Shown here: positions 59,378-64,000 of the stretch, one piece after another
Position numbering within the stretch: the first letter of the stretch is position 1
Layout: every line of letters starts with the position of its first letter
Assembly (NCBI GenBank): GCA_032718475.1
Contig: JAUCBJ010004420.1
Location: 62,001-126,000 of the forward strand
Length of the DNA: 64,000 bases
Reading direction: 5' to 3'
From: Nemertoderma westbladi
Lineage: Eukaryota; Animalia; Xenacoelomorpha
The notes under the pieces: generated by a model
Seen by the model: the letters and a program-made list of their open reading frames with translations, nothing else
What the model was told of the DNA's origin: nothing
Database searches by the model: none
Position numbers and translations under genes: made by a program

Positions 59378-61568
59378 TGTTACGGTATATGGCGCTGTAT
59401 CCACATTATTAGCCATCATACAGTATAATATATTTGTTATTGTGCAGTATAATTATTTAGATAAGGCACAGTGCGGTGACATTTAGGTAAGGAAGTTAAA
59501 ACGCCCATATATTTTGAATTCATCCATTTTGTATAGTATGTAGCCCTACCTACGTAATTTTGTATTAGGATATATGTAGATAGTCCCAGGGTAGCAAGTT
59601 TATTCGGACCCTGGATTTTGTGCTTGCTGATATTAGCATCAATAGGGCTAGCATATAGGGACGCTGTCCTGGCCATTCAGCAGCCAGGGACGTGAACCAT
59701 TACCATATATGGTAATAATTCGAGGTTTGGGCAAGCAATAAGGCTACAATCCGGCCTCCTTATTGGACTAACTGCTTCCAGGTTGGTCTAATGCTAGCAC
59801 GGACTGGAGAGCCAATAGGAGAGCGATTGAGTCACCCTATTGCATCACCCCATCCGGATCACCTATAAATTGGCGGTGTGCCGGTAGAGCCTTACTGTTA
59901 TTCCTCACATGATCTGCTATCACCTTTGTACTTGCTGAGCTGTCTCTATTCATTTTTGACGGATATTTTAGCGTATTTTCTGCAATTTGCTAATTTTGAT
60001 TAGTTTCTTGAAATGATTTGCTAGTGCGATTACTCTTGATTGTGTTTCTCAATTAATTCCTTCGATTACTGCTAATTACAACTGAACTATGATTTCTACC
60101 TTTTGGTTAATGGTTCTATGTGATTCTTTTCTGCGCAATAATCCTAAGGGATTTCTGAGACTGTCAGACTTTGTGATTTGCATGCGCCGCTACGGTAGCT
60201 ATTAGCATAATGGAGGGCTAAGGTGCCAGTAGGCGGTGGGCACATCGGGGGGTTGGGCGACTAAGGGAGAGCGGAGGATTCAAAGGCGGGCAACGCTGGC
60301 GGGGGTCAACGTTGCGGTCGGGCAGTTTGGACTGTGGGTTGGAGACCGCTCGCCGGTACAGTAATTAGGGGGCTGATGATCCAAGGTTTTGTCTCTATTT
60401 AGTATTAGGGGGCAGGAATTGGGTTAGTTAGGAAGCCTAGATGTACCCGGGAGGGGCCTGCATACCTTACAGTAAGTAAGTTGCGAAGTAAGTAGTTTGC
60501 GAATTAGTCAATTGCGAATTATTATGTTGCGAATTATATAATTGAAGATTGTATAATTGCAAGTCGTGCTATTGTGATCTGTGATTGCTGACGCTGATTG
60601 GTGTGTTACTGAAGTGTGCCTATGATTACGAATGCTTAGGTAGGCGCCCCCTTTTTCTTTGATTGATTTCTATTTCTTAGTTACAACAAATAGTTACTGA
60701 TTAGGTCAAAGTAATACGGCAATTTAGGCTATTACTAGCGAAACCTGTTGCGAAATAAATTAGAATTACGCATTCTGGAACTCTTAGTAATTAGTACGCT
60801 GTTACATATTTGTGACTGTAATTGATTAGTAAAATTAAGAATTAGTACGCAGCATAGCGGAGAGTAGCTAAGGTAATAATTTAGAGTACCGTAAACTATT
60901 CACGCTGAGCGGTTATTTGCATTAGCGGGCAATAAACTAGATCGCAGTAGTCAGTACGCAAGACACTAGTAAATTGCTGGCCTAAAGCCAGCTGCAGGCA
61001 AGTTTAGACCCAGAGCGGTAACACCTACGAAAGACATTGTACTGTACCATTTTGATTATTTTAAATATTCTCGCATTCACATATTCCATTGGGGAACCCC
61101 CAGTATTCGCGATTAGAAAAGACGTAAGCATTAGCGTATTTCAGTAGTAAAATTAGGCGTAAGAATACTTTGAGTGCAAAGCCCCTCGCACTCGTCTTAA
61201 GTAAGCTTAGGGAGCCGACTCGGGTTTATTGTTTTGGTTATTCCCGCGTGGCTCATAGATTCGAACAGTTAGCTCTCTATCGAGCGATCGGTAGAGAAAG
61301 GAACAAGCGATTTTGCAGGAGCCGTGTAAATTTAGTAAAATATATTAGCGGACGGCAGATTAGCGCCATCCAACGGTAAGTAGCGGTTTTGTATTTAGCA
61401 ACCTTTACAATTTAGTAATAGCACGCTCCTGATCCCCTTTACTTAACAGTAGAACAGTCTTTGTGTCTTATTGGTTAGGCGAGAGCTCATTAGGTTGGCA
61501 GAGAGGTATACGGGTATTTGTCTGTTCAACAGTTCTGCTGTTAGTATAGGTGTCGCGGTTGTTTAACA
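59378..61568 (+). repeat. 3' LTR of Bel/Pao 2 (2191 bp)
   Basis: Direct repeat of 43109-45299. Confidence 0.95.
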
Positions 61569-62450
61569 AATATGTAATGGAACCTTCTCCAAAGAAATTA
61601 AAAAATAATGATGATATTTTTAGTGAAGATGAGAACAACAAGAGAGTTGAGAGTGACTTACTAGAGATTAAAGAAATGATGGAACATAAATTCGAGAAAA
61701 TCATGAATATTTTGAAAAATATACAGAAGCAGCCACCTAGTGACAAGGATGATGAGAATGAGGAAGATGATAAATCAGAGGAAAGTGAGAATGATGAAAC
61801 AGAGAGTGAGATAGAGGAAGAAGAAAATGAGAGTGGTGATGAAGAAAATGAGAGCGAGAAAGAAGTCGAGTAACATGAAAGTGAGGAGGAGAATGACTCA
61901 GATAATGAGGAGATATTAAGACATGTATTAGGAAATAAAAATAAATTGCAGAAAATAATTAGACAATTGAAAGAAATGCAGAAACATTCGCATAAGGAGA
62001 GTGATAATGATGGAAATGAGAGTGATGAGGATGAATCGGATGAGAGTAATGATGGTAGTGTAAAAGAAGCAGAGGAGAGTAGCGATGGCAGTGAGGAAGA
62101 ATCAGAGGAGAATGAAAATGAAAATTGACAGAAAATCAGAGTAGGGAATGGAAAAGTTATATCTCCAGCAACTGTTGTATATCGACCTAGGCGAATGAAC
62201 AGTCGTACAGTTAATGTGAGACATTAATTATAACTGATTGTTTGAAATATTTATTATATTTAGTCGTATTAATTATGTAATTTCATAATAATATGTTTAA
62301 TTAGACAAATAAAGTCAACTTGATCCTATTTTAAATGCATAATGAATGGGTAACCAAAACATCAAATTAGTTAAACATTTTGACAACAGATAAACAAATA
62401 ATCTCCTGTGGGGAGAAATGGTGTGCTGGAGAAGTGGCTGAGGGTGAGGT

Positions 62451-63420
62451 TGTGGCTGTGGCTGTGGCTGAGGCTGTAGCTATGGCTGTGGCTGAGGCTG
62501 TGGCTGTGGCTGTGGCTGTGGCTGTGGCTGTGGCTGTGGCTGTGGCTGTGGCTGTGGCTGTGGCTGTGGCTGTGGCTGTGGCTGTGGCTGTGGCTGTGGC
62601 TGTGGCTGTGGCTGTGGCTGTGGCTGTGGCTGTGGATGTGGCTGTGGCTGTGGTTGTGGCTGTGGCTGCGGCTGCGGCTGCGGCTGCGGCTGTGGCTGTG
62701 GCTGCGGCTGTGGCTGTGGCTGTGGCTGTGGCTGTGGCTGTGGCTGTGGCTGTGGCTGTGGCTGTGGCTGTGGCTGTGGCTGTGGCTGTGGCTGTGGCTG
62801 TGGCTGTGGCTGTGGCTGTGGCTGTGGCTATGGCTGTGGCTGTGGCTGTGGCTGTGGCTGTGGCTGTGGCTGTGGCTGTGGCTGAGGCTGTGTCTGTGGC
62901 TGTGGCTGTTGCTGTGGCTGTGGCTGCGGTTGTGGCTGTGGCTGTGGCTGAGGCTGAGGCTGTGGCTGTGGCTGAGGCTGAGGCTGTGGCTGCGGCTGTG
63001 GTTGTGGTTGGGGCTGTGGTTGTGGCTGTTGCTGTTGCTGTGGCTTTGGCTGTGGCTGTGGCTGTGGCTGTGGCTGTGGCTGTGGCTGTGGCTGTGGCTG
63101 TGGCTGTGGCTGTGGCTGAGGCTGAGGCTGTGGCTGTGGCTGTGGCTGTGGCTGTGGCTGTGGCTGTGGCTGTGGCTGTGGCTGTGGCTGTGGCTGTGGC
63201 TGTGGCTGTGGCTGTGGCTGTGGCTGTGGCTGTGGCTGTGGCTGTGGATGTGGCTGTAGCTGTAGCTGAGGCTGTGGACTGTGGCTGTGGCTGTGGCTGT
63301 GGCTGTGGCTGTGGCTGTGGCTGTGGCTGTGGCTGTGGTTGTGGTTGTGGTTGTGGCTGTGGCTGTGGCTGTGGCTGTGGCTGAGGCTGTGGCTGAGGCT
63401 GAGGCTGTGGCTGTGGCTGT
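62451..63420 (+). repeat. (TGTGGC)n hexanucleotide tract in the right arm
   Basis: Inverse of 41474-42382. Confidence 0.97.
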
Positions 63421-63490
63421 GGGGAGTGCCTCAGGTCTTAAATCAGAGTCTTATAAATTTGAACGTTAACGAACAAATTCGAACGTTACT

Positions 63491-63562
63491 GTTCCACCTT
63501 GGTGTGTGGTTGCTTTGAATTCACATCTCCAGTAGGTCGTGGGTTCGATCCTTGGATGGAGA
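63491..63562 (+). other. Degenerate tRNA-like segment in the right arm
   Basis: TTGGTGTGTGGTT...TTCACAT...GGGTTCGATCC. Confidence 0.45.
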
Positions 63563-63837
63563 AGGGCAGTTTTCGTTCGGTCAGCAATAGGTCTAACTAT
63601 ACAAATGTAGTATTATTGCCTAGTTACCAATTCATAGCTACTGTATGGTCTGTACTGTATGGACTGTATGTTCGTACATGTTCGACTGTACATTTCGCCC
63701 TTTAGCGGCAGACTAGGGAACTTCAGACTACTATGTGACTCCACAAAAAGATATAGCCTATATTGTAATAGATACCGACTGGGGGGTTAAAATTAAGTAA
63801 TAATATATCTAAAAAAAGTCTCAAACATTAATTAATT

Positions 63838-63873
63838 AAACCATTAAACAATTAATTAATTGTTTAATGGTTT
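63838..63873. repeat. Perfect 36-bp AT-rich palindrome just outside the right arm
   Basis: AAACCATTAAACAATTAA|TTAATTGTTTAATGGTTT. Confidence 0.85.
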
Positions 63874-64000
63874 GTGCCTTAGAGGTGGGCGACGTTCGTG
63901 GTGGCTACTGGGGCTGGATGACGGCGCAGGTGCTTGGGTAGCAGACTGAAGAGTTTGGTTGGTGAAGAGTAAGTCTATCGTGTTACCGGATTATAGACTG

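Larger units (their letters stand above)
43109..61568 (+). mobile_element. Bel/Pao LTR retrotransposon 2 (young, intact gag-pol)
   Basis: TG...CA LTRs of 2191 bp; TSD AATAT at 43104-43108 and 61569-61573. Confidence 0.96.
43019..62227 (+). pseudogene. Decayed ~247-aa C2H2-like zinc finger + acidic protein split by Bel/Pao 2 (43019-43108 joined to 61574-62227)
   Basis: Removing Bel-2 and one AATAT gives a single frame: MSSYEKCMVCDKEMRRDSISLHMSIHRK*YVMEPSPKKLK...acidic tracts...VNVRH*, with in-frame stops at 43103, 61871 and 62126. The last is GGA in the inverted copy (42606-42755). Confidence 0.65.
62078..63825 (+). repeat. Right arm of the long inverted repeat (~1.75 kb, uninterrupted)
   Basis: Reverse complement of the reconstructed left arm. 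Confidence 0.88.

Noticed and set aside
63491-63562. Functional tRNA gene (Val-like)
   Set aside because: Acceptor, D and anticodon stems pair poorly and the two copies differ; kept only as tRNA-like.

Overview
Eukaryotic, AT-rich, repeat-saturated DNA, probably from an animal (invertebrate); the taxon cannot be fixed from the sequence. The only clear host gene is on the minus strand at the left edge: a spliced fibrinogen-domain exon followed by two calcium-binding EGF exons. The rest is a nested transposon cluster that can be resolved using target-site duplications (TSDs). It holds a decayed Crypton-like tyrosine recombinase, five RTE-clade LINE copies from two families, and a decayed Bel/Pao LTR element carrying a CRE-clade (RT+RLE) retrotransposon inside a hairpin array in its 3' region. 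It also holds a Bel-type solo LTR containing an apparently intact spliced hAT transposase element, which in turn contains a Mutator-like foldback MITE, and a young Bel/Pao element with an intact ORF, 2.19-kb LTRs and an extra 3' ORF. Removing all insertions from 16658-63825 leaves an unclassified ~4.3-kb foldback unit: ~1.7-kb inverted arms with a (GCCACA)n tract and a tRNA-like segment, around a decayed zinc-finger/acidic ORF. Neither Bel/Pao element shows a TGG-type tRNA primer-binding site; instead the sequence after each 5' LTR is complementary to sequence just downstream of the LTR TATA box, suggesting possible Tf1-like self-priming. All alignments were done by eye; no database searches were run.
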